From assembly GCA_030591505.1 (NCBI GenBank), contig JAUVAY010000002.1, forward strand, positions 1 through 52,446: 52,446 bases of DNA, in the 5' to 3' direction. This stretch comes from Flavobacteriales bacterium. GTDB taxonomy: Bacteria > Bacteroidota > Bacteroidia > Flavobacteriales_D > JAHECK01. Numbering within the stretch: the first letter of the stretch is position 1; every line of letters starts with the position of its first letter. Shown in pieces: positions 44,344-52,446 of this stretch. The notes under the pieces were generated by a model. That model saw only the letters and a list, made by a program, of their open reading frames with translations, did not search any database and was not told the DNA's origin. The position numbers and the translations under genes are program-made.

Positions 44344-45095
44344 TATTGTTTGAATTTGGAAATTGCATTTCGCGTGAAGTCAGACAGTACTAATTTGCCA
44401 CTCATTGCAGCCCTTTCCGAAAGCAGCTGATCCCAATTTTCACATCCTTCCCAAAAATTCTTTTTTAATTCGCTCATCGCTTCAGGATTAAACTTACTAA
44501 GCCGTTCGGCAAGTTCATTTATTGCTACGTCTAATTCATCAATGTTATCATAAACTTCCTGATACAAGCCGCCTTCCATTGCCCATTTTGCATCCCTCCA
44601 TTCACTTGCATTTATAGCGAGTTCACTCATTTTTGACAATCCAAGTTTTCTTTGTACTGCTGGGCCAACAACAAAAGGCCCTATTCCGATGGCAAGTTCG
44701 CTAAGCTTTACAGAAGCATGTTTTGTAGCCAAACAAAAGTCTACAGAAGAAGCCATACCAACACCTCCACCAACTGCTTTTCCTTGAACTCTGCCAATTA
44801 TAAATTTTGGACACCTTCGCATTGCATTAATTACATTGGCAAAGCCCATAAAAAAGGACTTACCATCTTCTGGACTGTCTATTGCCATTAATTCATCGAA
44901 TGAAGCTCCTGCACAAAATGCCCTATCGCCTGCACTCTTTAAAACAATAACTTTTACTGAATCGTCATCACCTAAATGGGTAACGGATTCTGCTAATGCT
45001 TTTAATGTGCTACCTGGTAGTGCGTTACTTTTTTCATCGTAAAAATTAATTGTAGCAATACCATTCGAAATGGAATGAGTAACCTTTGAAGTCAT
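44343..45095 (-). CDS. Crotonase-superfamily protein (enoyl-CoA hydratase/isomerase-related)
   Basis: 250 aa with 'DRAFCAGASFDEL' (oxyanion hole 1) and 'GKAVGGGVGMA...SELAIGIGP'. Confidence 0.8.
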   Translation of the reverse strand: MTSKVTHSISNGIATINFYDEKSNALPGSTLKALAESVTHLGDDDSVKVIVLKSAGDRAFCAGASFDELMAIDSPEDGKSFFMGFANVINAMRRCPKFIIGRVQGKAVGGGVGMASSVDFCLATKHASVKLSELAIGIGPFVVGPAVQRKLGLSKMSELAINASEWRDAKWAMEGGLYQEVYDNIDELDVAINELAERLSKFNPEAMSELKKNFWEGCENWDQLLSERAAMSGKLVLSDFTRNAISKFKQ

Positions 45096-45199
45096 AATTT
45101 TGATTATTAGCTTCCAAAAGTAGAATTTAATCTAATTTAATTCCTCCCAAGGACACTAAGTTTTTCTATCTTTCGTTTTTAATCCAAATCGCTTGTTTA

Positions 45200-46258
45200 A
45201 TGAGAATACATTTTCTCTTTTTATTCCTATGTTTCTTTACACCAAGTGTAATTTTTGCACAGGTAGAAACGCAGACGTCTTTTGATTTTATTGATTTACC
45301 GTCATCTTCGAGAGTCGCTGGAATGGGGGGAGAGTTGAATAATATTAAAGATGGGGACTTATCCTTAGCATATGGAAATCCTGCTTTACTTAATGCTAAA
45401 ATGGATAATCAAGCCGTATTTTCTTATTCTAGTTATTTAGCAAGCAGTTCATATGGCTTCTTTTCCTATGGAAGGGATGTTAAGAATATCGGAACTTTTT
45501 CGGTGAACCTTCTTTTCCTTAATTACGGATCGTTTGATGAAACTGATAATTCAGGTCAGATCGTCGGGCAATTCAAAGCTAAAGAAACAGGATTTACTCT
45601 TGCAGGGAGCAGAATGATCGGCGAACGATTGAGTGCTGGTTTACAAATGAAATTTTTGTTTTCGAATCTGGAGCAGTATAGTGCTTTTGGTATGGGACTT
45701 GATCTTGGTTTAACATATCATATTGAAGAAGAGTATTTAACCACTTCATTTGTAATGAAGAATATAGGTTATCAATTTACTTCCTATTATGATAGTGGTG
45801 AGAAAGCTGCATTGCCCTTCAATATTCAACTTGGAGTGTCGAAAAAGATGAAGCATGCACCATTTCGATTATCGCTGGTCCTGGATAACCTACAGAAATG
45901 GGATTTAACTTATACCGATCCAAACCTTATTGGAAAAAGAGATCCACTTACTGGCGATCCTATTGAGATTGAACCTAGTTCTTTTGGAGATAAATTAATG
46001 AGACATGTAATATTCGGTGGAGAAGTTTTGATCGGCGATGTTATTCAGATTCAACTAGCCTATAATTATCGCAGACGAAAAGAATTAAAGCTGATCAACA
46101 ATCCTGGAATGGCTGGACTTTCGTTTGGCGTAGGAGCTAAGATCAAATCAATGAATGTGAGTTATGGCTATTCAAGTTATACGCGTTCGGCAAATTCACA
46201 TCAGTTTACCTTATCTCTTCGATTTAATGAAATGAAGAAGGAAAAAATATTAAATTAG
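45200..46258 (+). CDS. porQ: T9SS PorQ-like outer-membrane beta-barrel protein
   Basis: 352 aa with a signal peptide. 'FDFIDLPSSSRVAGMGG' and 'GNPALLN' near the N-terminus, plus alternating beta-strand pattern, fit PorQ as I recall it. It lacks the PorP/SprF 'QYMFN' motif. The call is from memory only. Confidence 0.55.
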   Translation: MRIHFLFLFLCFFTPSVIFAQVETQTSFDFIDLPSSSRVAGMGGELNNIKDGDLSLAYGNPALLNAKMDNQAVFSYSSYLASSSYGFFSYGRDVKNIGTFSVNLLFLNYGSFDETDNSGQIVGQFKAKETGFTLAGSRMIGERLSAGLQMKFLFSNLEQYSAFGMGLDLGLTYHIEEEYLTTSFVMKNIGYQFTSYYDSGEKAALPFNIQLGVSKKMKHAPFRLSLVLDNLQKWDLTYTDPNLIGKRDPLTGDPIEIEPSSFGDKLMRHVIFGGEVLIGDVIQIQLAYNYRRRKELKLINNPGMAGLSFGVGAKIKSMNVSYGYSSYTRSANSHQFTLSLRFNEMKKEKILN

Positions 46259-46282
46259 AGGCTTCACTCTGATATAATATAA

Positions 46283-46972
46283 ATGGGTAAAATCAATATT
46301 GCAATCGATGGTCATTCTTCCTGTGGGAAAAGTACTATAGCTAGAGCCTTGGCTGATAAGTTAGGATATTTTTATGTTGACTCAGGGGCGATGTATCGAG
46401 CTATTACTTTATATGCTATTCAAAATGATTTAGTTGAGTTTGAGAAGGTTAAGGAACTGGATCTGCTTAATAATTTATCGAAGATTCAGGTTGGTTTTGG
46501 AATGGTTGAGGGTGTACAACATACATTTTTAAACGGTGTTGATGTTGAGCTTGAAATAAGAAGTCTTGAAGTTTCAATGTATGTTAGCCAGGTTGCGAAA
46601 ATTGCGATAGTAAGAAGGTATCTGGTGAAACAACAACAAAAATTGAGCAAAGGTAAAGGAGTTGTGATGGATGGAAGAGATATCGGAACGGTAGTTTTAC
46701 CAAGAGCGAAAGTTAAATTTTATATTACAGCTGACGTTGATATTAGAGCCAAAAGACGCTACGATGAAATGATGAAAAATGGTTTTACTTCGGTTTCGCT
46801 TGAAGAAATAAAGAACAATATCGAAGAGCGTGACTTTCTTGATTCCCATAGAAAAGTAAGTCCTTTAATGATGGCAAATGATGCTATTCATATTGACACA
46901 AGTGACTTAACACACGAGGAGCAGTTAAACCGAACTTATGCAGAAGTTGAGAAAGTTTTAAATGCTAAGTAA
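46283..46972 (+). CDS. cmk: (d)CMP kinase
   Basis: 229 aa with P-loop 'IAIDGHSSCGKST', then 'YVDSGAMYRA' and 'VMDGRDIGTVV'. Confidence 0.9.
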   Translation: MGKINIAIDGHSSCGKSTIARALADKLGYFYVDSGAMYRAITLYAIQNDLVEFEKVKELDLLNNLSKIQVGFGMVEGVQHTFLNGVDVELEIRSLEVSMYVSQVAKIAIVRRYLVKQQQKLSKGKGVVMDGRDIGTVVLPRAKVKFYITADVDIRAKRRYDEMMKNGFTSVSLEEIKNNIEERDFLDSHRKVSPLMMANDAIHIDTSDLTHEEQLNRTYAEVEKVLNAK

Positions 46973-46975
46973 TTT

Positions 46976-47704
46976 CTAATCTAAACCTTTTTCCATCATA
47001 GAAGATTCTGCATTTTCCTCACTATAAAGAATTCTATTCGTAATATCAAGACAAAGCAGTCTGCCATAATCAGGGTCCTCATTTCCAAGAACACATCCAT
47101 TATCTATAGGTAGGTTGAATTTTTCCTTTCTAATATTCTTTTCAATCTTACTAATAGGTAGCACCTTATGACCATGAATCACAGGTTTAAAATTCTGGAG
47201 ATGTTTATTCGCTTTAAAATTCCTCATCCATAACATAGGAAAACTATCATTGAATGGGTCTTCCGAACTATAGTCAAAGCCTGCATGAACAGCATAAAAC
47301 GACTCCGATTCAATATAGTGTAATGTTGATTTCAGAAAGAATTTATATTTTTTCTTTAAAACCCATTTGTCTTTTTTGAATAGTGGAATAACACCAAAGC
47401 GACTGGCTAAGCTTTCAATTCTACTCTCATTCTTTTTAAGAACTTTTAAAAGTAAGGACTCGTTATTCCCTCTGAGTACCAAAACTTCAAATTCAGATTC
47501 CTGTAATGATAATATACTATCTATTACACCTTTTGCATCGGGACCTTTATTAATAACATCACCCAATATAATTAATTGATCGTTTTTTTGGAGATCAATA
47601 TTTCTAAGCAGCCTGTTAAAGGTAATATTACAACCATGAATATCACCTATTAATAGCTGCCGGCCACCGATAATTGGATTAATATAGTCTTTCTTTAAAG
47701 TCAT
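46976..47704 (-). CDS. Metallophosphoesterase (PPP-family Ser/Thr phosphatase / ApaH-like)
   Basis: 242 aa with motifs 'GDIHG', 'GDVINKGPD', 'RGNNE' and 'HGH'. Confidence 0.8.
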   Translation of the reverse strand: MTLKKDYINPIIGGRQLLIGDIHGCNITFNRLLRNIDLQKNDQLIILGDVINKGPDAKGVIDSILSLQESEFEVLVLRGNNESLLLKVLKKNESRIESLASRFGVIPLFKKDKWVLKKKYKFFLKSTLHYIESESFYAVHAGFDYSSEDPFNDSFPMLWMRNFKANKHLQNFKPVIHGHKVLPISKIEKNIRKEKFNLPIDNGCVLGNEDPDYGRLLCLDITNRILYSEENAESSMMEKGLD

Positions 47705-47766
47705 GATTAAAAAGTAAGCTTAGGACTTACAATTTGGTATCTTTGAATAACAAATTAACCAAAATT

Positions 47767-48168
47767 ATGCGATTATTATTCTATTTATTAGCTTTTGTGA
47801 TTACTTTTTCTTCAAGTGCTCAAGATGAATTTACTGTATTACTTGATGATGACAAAGTAATGCTATCCTACCAAATACTCGAAGTTAAAAAGAAAAGTGC
47901 AATGATTCCTGAAATCAGGTTATCAATCACGAATAAAACAAAACAATTGCTTGAAGTGAGTTTTGAAATGGACCTTCGCTATGAAATGGAATCTGCTGAA
48001 GCAACAAAAGTAACCCGTATATGTATTAAAGAAGGAAAAACCAAAAAGGGAAAAATAAAAGGACTGTTCTATAATCCGGAAACGCTTACCATAGCGCAAC
48101 TAAAAAGCGAGGATTTTGAAATATATATTGATGAGTTAAAGGTAGTTAGTGTTGCAAAATGTAAATAA
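47767..48168 (+). CDS. Hypothetical exported protein
   Basis: ATG 47767 gives 'MRLLFYLLAFVITFSSSAQ', a signal peptide. The track start 47734 is a TTG. No domain recognised. Confidence 0.45.
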   Translation: MRLLFYLLAFVITFSSSAQDEFTVLLDDDKVMLSYQILEVKKKSAMIPEIRLSITNKTKQLLEVSFEMDLRYEMESAEATKVTRICIKEGKTKKGKIKGLFYNPETLTIAQLKSEDFEIYIDELKVVSVAKCK

Positions 48169-48170
48169 GA

Positions 48171-50663
48171 ATGAATAGAGTTATTATAGGATTGGCATTG
48201 TTAACAATGATGTCATGTTCAACTACAGAAAAGAAGGAAGCAGGAAAAGCATATGATGCTTATGGACCAGCAGAGAATTTATGGGAGCGGTGGACCTACC
48301 CAAATGAAAATTTTGATGAAGCCTATTTTACTAAGGTTGTCAATTCTGTTAAAGGAGATATGGCAAATAAAGATCTTCAAACAGATTTAAGCTGGCGACA
48401 AGAAGGACCTTTAAATATAGGAGGTAGAATAAATTGCATCGCTTTAAAACCAGATAATGAAGAAGAAATATGGATAGGAACTGCCGCAGGTGGTGTTTTT
48501 AGATCTATTGATTCCGGAGCAAATTGGGAAGAAGTAGGAAATGAATTTGCTTATATGTCGATCGGTTCTATTGCTTTTGACCCTATTCATACAGATACAG
48601 TTTATGTTGGTACAGGTGATCCAAATATTAGTGGCTATCCTAAATCGGGAGATGGAGTATATAAAAGTACGGACGGTGGTGTTAGCTGGGAGCATAAAGG
48701 GCCAAGCGAAGTAGGAGTTGTAAGCAAATTATTAGTTCATCCTACTTCAACCAATATTTTATACATGGCATCAATGGGAACACCATGGATAGAAGGACCG
48801 GATAGGGGAGTGTATAAATCAATTGATGGAGGAGATAATTGGGAACAGGTATTGTTTTTATCAGATCAGGCCGGACTTTCTTCTTTGGTATTTCATCCTA
48901 CTACGCCCGACACTTTATATGCTGCAGGATGGGATAGAATCCGATCCAATACTCAAAGCATAGTTGAGGGAGATCATTCTCGAATCTTTCGATCAATGGA
49001 TGGCGGAGTGAGCTGGGATACATTGGGTGGTGGTTTACCACAAATAGTATTATCTCGTTCAGCAGTTGATGTTTCGATCAGTGACCCTTCTGTTTTGTAT
49101 GCTAGCTTCGTTGGAGAAGATATGCAGTTTTATGGTGTGTATAAATCTGAGAATTATGGTGATACATGGACAGCAACAAACATTTCCAATTTAGATGGAG
49201 CGCTCGGTGGATTCGGTTGGTATTTTGGTCAGATAAGGATTAATCCAACAGATGAAAACGATGTATCCGTTGCAGGAGTTGAGCTACACTCAACTACTAA
49301 TGGAGGTTCTAGCTGGTTTCAAAGCACACCGGATTGGTGGACTTACCAAGTACATGCTGATATGCATGATCTTTTATATGCATCCAATGGTGATATTTAT
49401 TTAGCAACTGATGGAGGACTCTTTTTTTCTGATGATAATATGACGAATTGGGAATACATCTCCTACATTCCTAATACACAGTTTTATCGCATTGCAGTAG
49501 ACCCTCATAATGCTGAAGTATATTCAGGTGGCGCCCAAGATAACGGGACAACAGAAGGGAATCACTTGGATTTGGATGGATGGCCTCGATTATATGGTGG
49601 AGATGGTTTTCAATCTCTTTATGATCCGGATAATTCAGCTATTTTTTATGCATCCACTCAAAATGGAAATTTCGTAAAGAATAATGGTGGATCATGGGAA
49701 GGATTTAATTCTGGAATAAACGAAAATGAACATGTCGCTTGGGATGCACCACTTATTATGAGTTCGCATAATTCTGATGTTTTGTATACAGCTACAACTA
49801 AGGTATATAAGCATGATGGCTTATTCTGGAATGCAATATCTGAAAACCTAAATGCCTCTGAAGAATTTTACCCTGCTAATCGGCATATTGTATCTACTGT
49901 TGCCGAATCACCAATTAACGACCTTTTACTTTATGCAGGAACAAGCGATGGTAAAGTGTGGTATGCAGAAAATGCTGATACGGAAGAATGGGTTGATATT
50001 ACATCTGGATTGCCTGATCGTTATGTGACAAATATTAAAGCTTCTTCTGTTGTAGAAGGAAGAGTTTACGTAACACATTCAGGTTATAAAGATGGTGATA
50101 ATAGTGCCCATATCCATCGATCGGATGATAACGGACTAACATGGGTAGCGATAAATGGAGACCTCCCCGACTTTGGATTGAATCACATGGAAATTCTTGA
50201 GAATTATGATGATTCTATTCTGTTTGTTGCAAGTGATGCTGGAGTGTATTATACAAGTAATGGTGGTGTGAATTGGAATAGAGTAGGTGATAATATGCCA
50301 ACCATTCTGGTGTTTGATATAGAGATCGATTATGATGCAAATAGAATAGTAGCAGGTACTTTTGCTCGTTCTTTACAAACACTTTCACTCGATTCATTAC
50401 TAGATTTCAGCACTTCTGTAAGAGAGGTCACTAAGATTAATTATGAATTATTTCCAAATCCGGCCACTGATGAGATCTCAATTAGTCTTCCAATCGGAAT
50501 GAAGGATGCTAAATGGGAAATCCGTGATGTTAATGGTAAATTAATAAGAAGTGCTATACTTGACTCCCGAACCATAGCAATTGAGGATTTAAGTTCAGGC
50601 ATTTACTTTTTTGTAATTGAAACCAAGAAGGGTAGAGGAGTAAAAAAATGGATCAAGCAATAG
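48171..50663 (+). CDS. BNR/Asp-box repeat (sortilin/Ycf48-like beta-propeller) protein with T9SS type-A C-terminal sorting domain
   Basis: 830 aa with a lipobox-like 'MMSC'. At least 9 SxDxGxxW-type boxes are present ('SIDSGANWE', 'STDGGVSWE', 'SIDGGDNWE', 'SMDGGVSWD', 'TTNGGSSWF', 'SDDNGLTWV', 'TSNGGVNWN' and others). The C-terminus is 'LFPNPATDEISISL...SGIYFFVIETKKG'. Confidence 0.75.
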   Translation: MNRVIIGLALLTMMSCSTTEKKEAGKAYDAYGPAENLWERWTYPNENFDEAYFTKVVNSVKGDMANKDLQTDLSWRQEGPLNIGGRINCIALKPDNEEEIWIGTAAGGVFRSIDSGANWEEVGNEFAYMSIGSIAFDPIHTDTVYVGTGDPNISGYPKSGDGVYKSTDGGVSWEHKGPSEVGVVSKLLVHPTSTNILYMASMGTPWIEGPDRGVYKSIDGGDNWEQVLFLSDQAGLSSLVFHPTTPDTLYAAGWDRIRSNTQSIVEGDHSRIFRSMDGGVSWDTLGGGLPQIVLSRSAVDVSISDPSVLYASFVGEDMQFYGVYKSENYGDTWTATNISNLDGALGGFGWYFGQIRINPTDENDVSVAGVELHSTTNGGSSWFQSTPDWWTYQVHADMHDLLYASNGDIYLATDGGLFFSDDNMTNWEYISYIPNTQFYRIAVDPHNAEVYSGGAQDNGTTEGNHLDLDGWPRLYGGDGFQSLYDPDNSAIFYASTQNGNFVKNNGGSWEGFNSGINENEHVAWDAPLIMSSHNSDVLYTATTKVYKHDGLFWNAISENLNASEEFYPANRHIVSTVAESPINDLLLYAGTSDGKVWYAENADTEEWVDITSGLPDRYVTNIKASSVVEGRVYVTHSGYKDGDNSAHIHRSDDNGLTWVAINGDLPDFGLNHMEILENYDDSILFVASDAGVYYTSNGGVNWNRVGDNMPTILVFDIEIDYDANRIVAGTFARSLQTLSLDSLLDFSTSVREVTKINYELFPNPATDEISISLPIGMKDAKWEIRDVNGKLIRSAILDSRTIAIEDLSSGIYFFVIETKKGRGVKKWIKQ

Positions 50664-50722
50664 TTTGTACTAAAATTTGATTGACAAATATTAAGTACTT
50701 TCACAACTTTGTCAGAAGGATA

Positions 50723-51157
50723 ATGAATAAAAAAAACAAAACGGTTACGAATAAAGAGGGGTTTGAATCAGCCCCTATTGTGGCATTCAGCAATTTCTAT
50801 ACTACTGAGAATGGTATTTCAGCTAAGTCGTGGTATCCTCAAGATGAACAAAACATAAGTTCAGATCAATGGTTACAGAATGACATTAACATTGTTTTTT
50901 ATTCGACAGGATTGTGTAAACTCAGTTTTTCATTAAGCGAAGAGGATTCCTATTATTCTTGGGAAATTAAGTTTCTTGATCAAAATGAAAAGATGCTTAA
51001 AACAATAAATTTCGCTCCTCTTTTTATTGATTTTTCTAAAAAGAAAAAAAAGCGACAAGTTAAATTAGAACATCGCTTACCAGAGAAGGATCAATTTATG
51101 ATCGATGAGGTTAAATATGTTCAATTAGTAAATTTTAGCGCCAATAAAACCTCTTAA
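50723..51157 (+). CDS. Hypothetical protein
   Basis: The ORF has an ATG at 50723; the track start 50681 is a TTG. It has no signal peptide and no recognisable domain. Its 3' end overlaps the convergent gene by 23 nt. Confidence 0.4.
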   Translation: MNKKNKTVTNKEGFESAPIVAFSNFYTTENGISAKSWYPQDEQNISSDQWLQNDINIVFYSTGLCKLSFSLSEEDSYYSWEIKFLDQNEKMLKTINFAPLFIDFSKKKKKRQVKLEHRLPEKDQFMIDEVKYVQLVNFSANKTS

Positions 51158-52446
51158 TTATTGATTTTTTTAGACCGGTAAACTGAATTATATAAATACC
51201 GCTTTTAATATCATCTAGATTTAGAGAAATAAGATCCTTATTCGTTGACAAGGTGTAGGATTCAATATGTTGTGCATCGATCGAATAAATAGAGATCAAG
51301 TTTATATCACTTATTTCCCCTTCAATAACGAGAGTTTTCAGTCGTTGCGAAATGCTTATCGGCTGAAAATGCTCAATAGAAATTGTAGGAGATGTAGTTG
51401 AAATACCATTATAATCTGTTTGTTTTAAACGATAATAAAATATACCGTTGATATCTTCCATATCTAGATAGAAATAGTCAAATCCAGTTATAGAGTTCCC
51501 TTTGCTGCCTATCCATCCAATAGATGAAAAAATAGTGGAATTATCAGCTCGCTCAATGCTAAACCCAAGGTTGTCGTTTTCAGATAAGGTACTCCATTCT
51601 AATTTTCTACCTTCTATAGTAGACTTGATTGTGAAATCTCCCCATAGTAGTGGAAGAGGAATAATTGTCGAATTACAATTTGCTTCAATACTATGACTGA
51701 TCATAGAACCTCCTTGTTGCGAGAATTGAATAAAACTACCATCAACTTGGGGAATGTCATTTGGTATATATGAATAATTTAAGATACAAGAAGTTGAAAC
51801 ATTACTAAAATCAAGTATGAATTGCTGGGAGCCATACCCACTATTTAAAAATTCTCCATTTGGATTCCATTCGCTAGACTCACAACTTAGTACATAAACT
51901 AAAGGCAATGAACATAAGATCGATTTATCAATATCATTTAAACATATTGAACTATTACAAAGGAGAACAATACTATTATTTGGAATGGTAGCGGGAACCG
52001 TTGCATCGATAAATAATGTAGGACAATCAAGCAAGTTATTTAATCCATTAACTAAAGATGGATTGGCTTGCATATTCTGATTAAGTAAGTTGTTTGACGA
52101 CCCTTTGTAATAGATCTTAAATTCTGAAGTATCAGTTAAAAAGGAAAAAGAAGCACTGTTAAAAAAGAGCAATTCGTTCAATCCTTCTTGAATACAATTT
52201 TCGGCACAAGGATTGATCAAAGCAGAAATTAAATAGGGACAATCTGTACAGAGGGGAGTAGTTAAAGTGGAGCTCAATGAAATAGGAGTGTAATTTTCTT
52301 CGCATACTAACCCTTTATAAGGAAATACATGTATTAAATAATCGCTTCCTGATTTTAATTGATTTAGGGTAAACTGATTTGCAGAACCATTGTAAACAAC
52401 GTAAACACTATCTTCTATCATTTCACCAGCACCCATTGATGGATTG
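51135..52446 (-). CDS. T9SS type-A cargo protein, 5'-partial (frame open to window end)
   Basis: The frame stays open upstream of the ATG at 52436 to the window edge (codons ...N P S M), so the real N-terminus probably lies outside. The C-terminus, 'ISIYSIDAQHIESYTL...DDIKSGIYIIQFTG', is a T9SS sorting domain. It is preceded by a 'GFSIERADNSTIFSSIGWI...YYRLKQTDYNG' beta-sandwich module. Confidence 0.65.
   Translation of the reverse strand, partial: NPSMGAGEMIEDSVYVVYNGSANQFTLNQLKSGSDYLIHVFPYKGLVCEENYTPISLSSTLTTPLCTDCPYLISALINPCAENCIQEGLNELLFFNSASFSFLTDTSEFKIYYKGSSNNLLNQNMQANPSLVNGLNNLLDCPTLFIDATVPATIPNNSIVLLCNSSICLNDIDKSILCSLPLVYVLSCESSEWNPNGEFLNSGYGSQQFILDFSNVSTSCILNYSYIPNDIPQVDGSFIQFSQQGGSMISHSIEANCNSTIIPLPLLWGDFTIKSTIEGRKLEWSTLSENDNLGFSIERADNSTIFSSIGWIGSKGNSITGFDYFYLDMEDINGIFYYRLKQTDYNGISTTSPTISIEHFQPISISQRLKTLVIEGEISDINLISIYSIDAQHIESYTLSTNKDLISLNLDDIKSGIYIIQFTGLKKSIIKRFYWR

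Noticed and set aside
2442-51696. About 30 short (60-113 aa) nested or antisense ORFs in the track. Examples are 2442-2630, 3057-3248, 5095-5283, 5807-6004, 7264-7446, 12581-12829, 13009-13200, 13829-14369, 15694-16318, 18196-18528, 20599-20808, 26832-27026, 27704-28216, 32604-32810, 33115-33475, 33839-34021, 35238-35501, 36047-36247, 36846-37187, 39128-39355, 41255-41446, 43184-43483, 44652-45042, 47367-47579, 48444-48695, 50215-50397 and 51502-51696.
   Set aside because: Each lies wholly or largely within a much longer ORF that has recognisable domains. They are expected by chance in AT-rich DNA with few stops on the antisense frame. None shows a motif or signal I recognise.
1-52446. A whole-window search for tRNA/rRNA genes, CRISPR arrays, IS elements, integrases, long direct or inverted repeats and prophage remnants.
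   Set aside because: None was seen by eye. Intergenic gaps are at most about 150 nt, and none contains tRNA-like T-arm motifs or repeat-spacer structure. No transposase or integrase-like ORF is present. A computational scan (tRNAscan-SE, Infernal, ISfinder search) would be needed to be definitive.

Overview
This is an AT-rich, densely packed chromosomal segment; GC looks like roughly one third by eye and was not computed. It appears to come from a Bacteroidota genome of the Flavobacteriia/Cytophagia type. The taxonomic clues are T9SS C-terminal sorting domains on four proteins, a PorQ-like gene, a TonB-dependent receptor with a CarboxypepD_reg-type N-terminus, and exact TAnnTTTG '-7' promoter boxes. 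I count about 40 protein-coding genes. I saw no rRNA, tRNA, CRISPR array, transposase, integrase or phage genes, so this does not look like a classical mobile or defence island. Housekeeping genes (prmA, cmk, fabI, an RND efflux triad, a yhhQ-type queuosine-precursor transporter, a pseudouridine synthase, MFS) are interspersed with many exported or envelope proteins. The best candidates for something new are: (1) a translationally coupled cassette at 33058-39111 encoding an exported TPR-caspase, a periplasmic beta-propeller/PP2C (SpoIIE) phosphatase and a LOG-family hydrolase. (2) A Cys-free MbnP-like 'WxW' lipoprotein followed by two tandem di-heme MbnH/MauG-like peroxidases (7081-9973), one of which seems to lack the inter-heme Trp. 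(3) A co-directional pair of very large exported proteins (13019-23945); the second has a TolB-like head, a roughly 1200-residue helical spacer and three SPOR-like domains. (4) A perfect (CCC-AACT)n heptamer array, a G-quadruplex motif on the minus strand, in an almost G-free leader upstream of the queuosine-precursor transporter. All functional links are inferences from motifs read by eye and from gene arrangement. No database searches were run.
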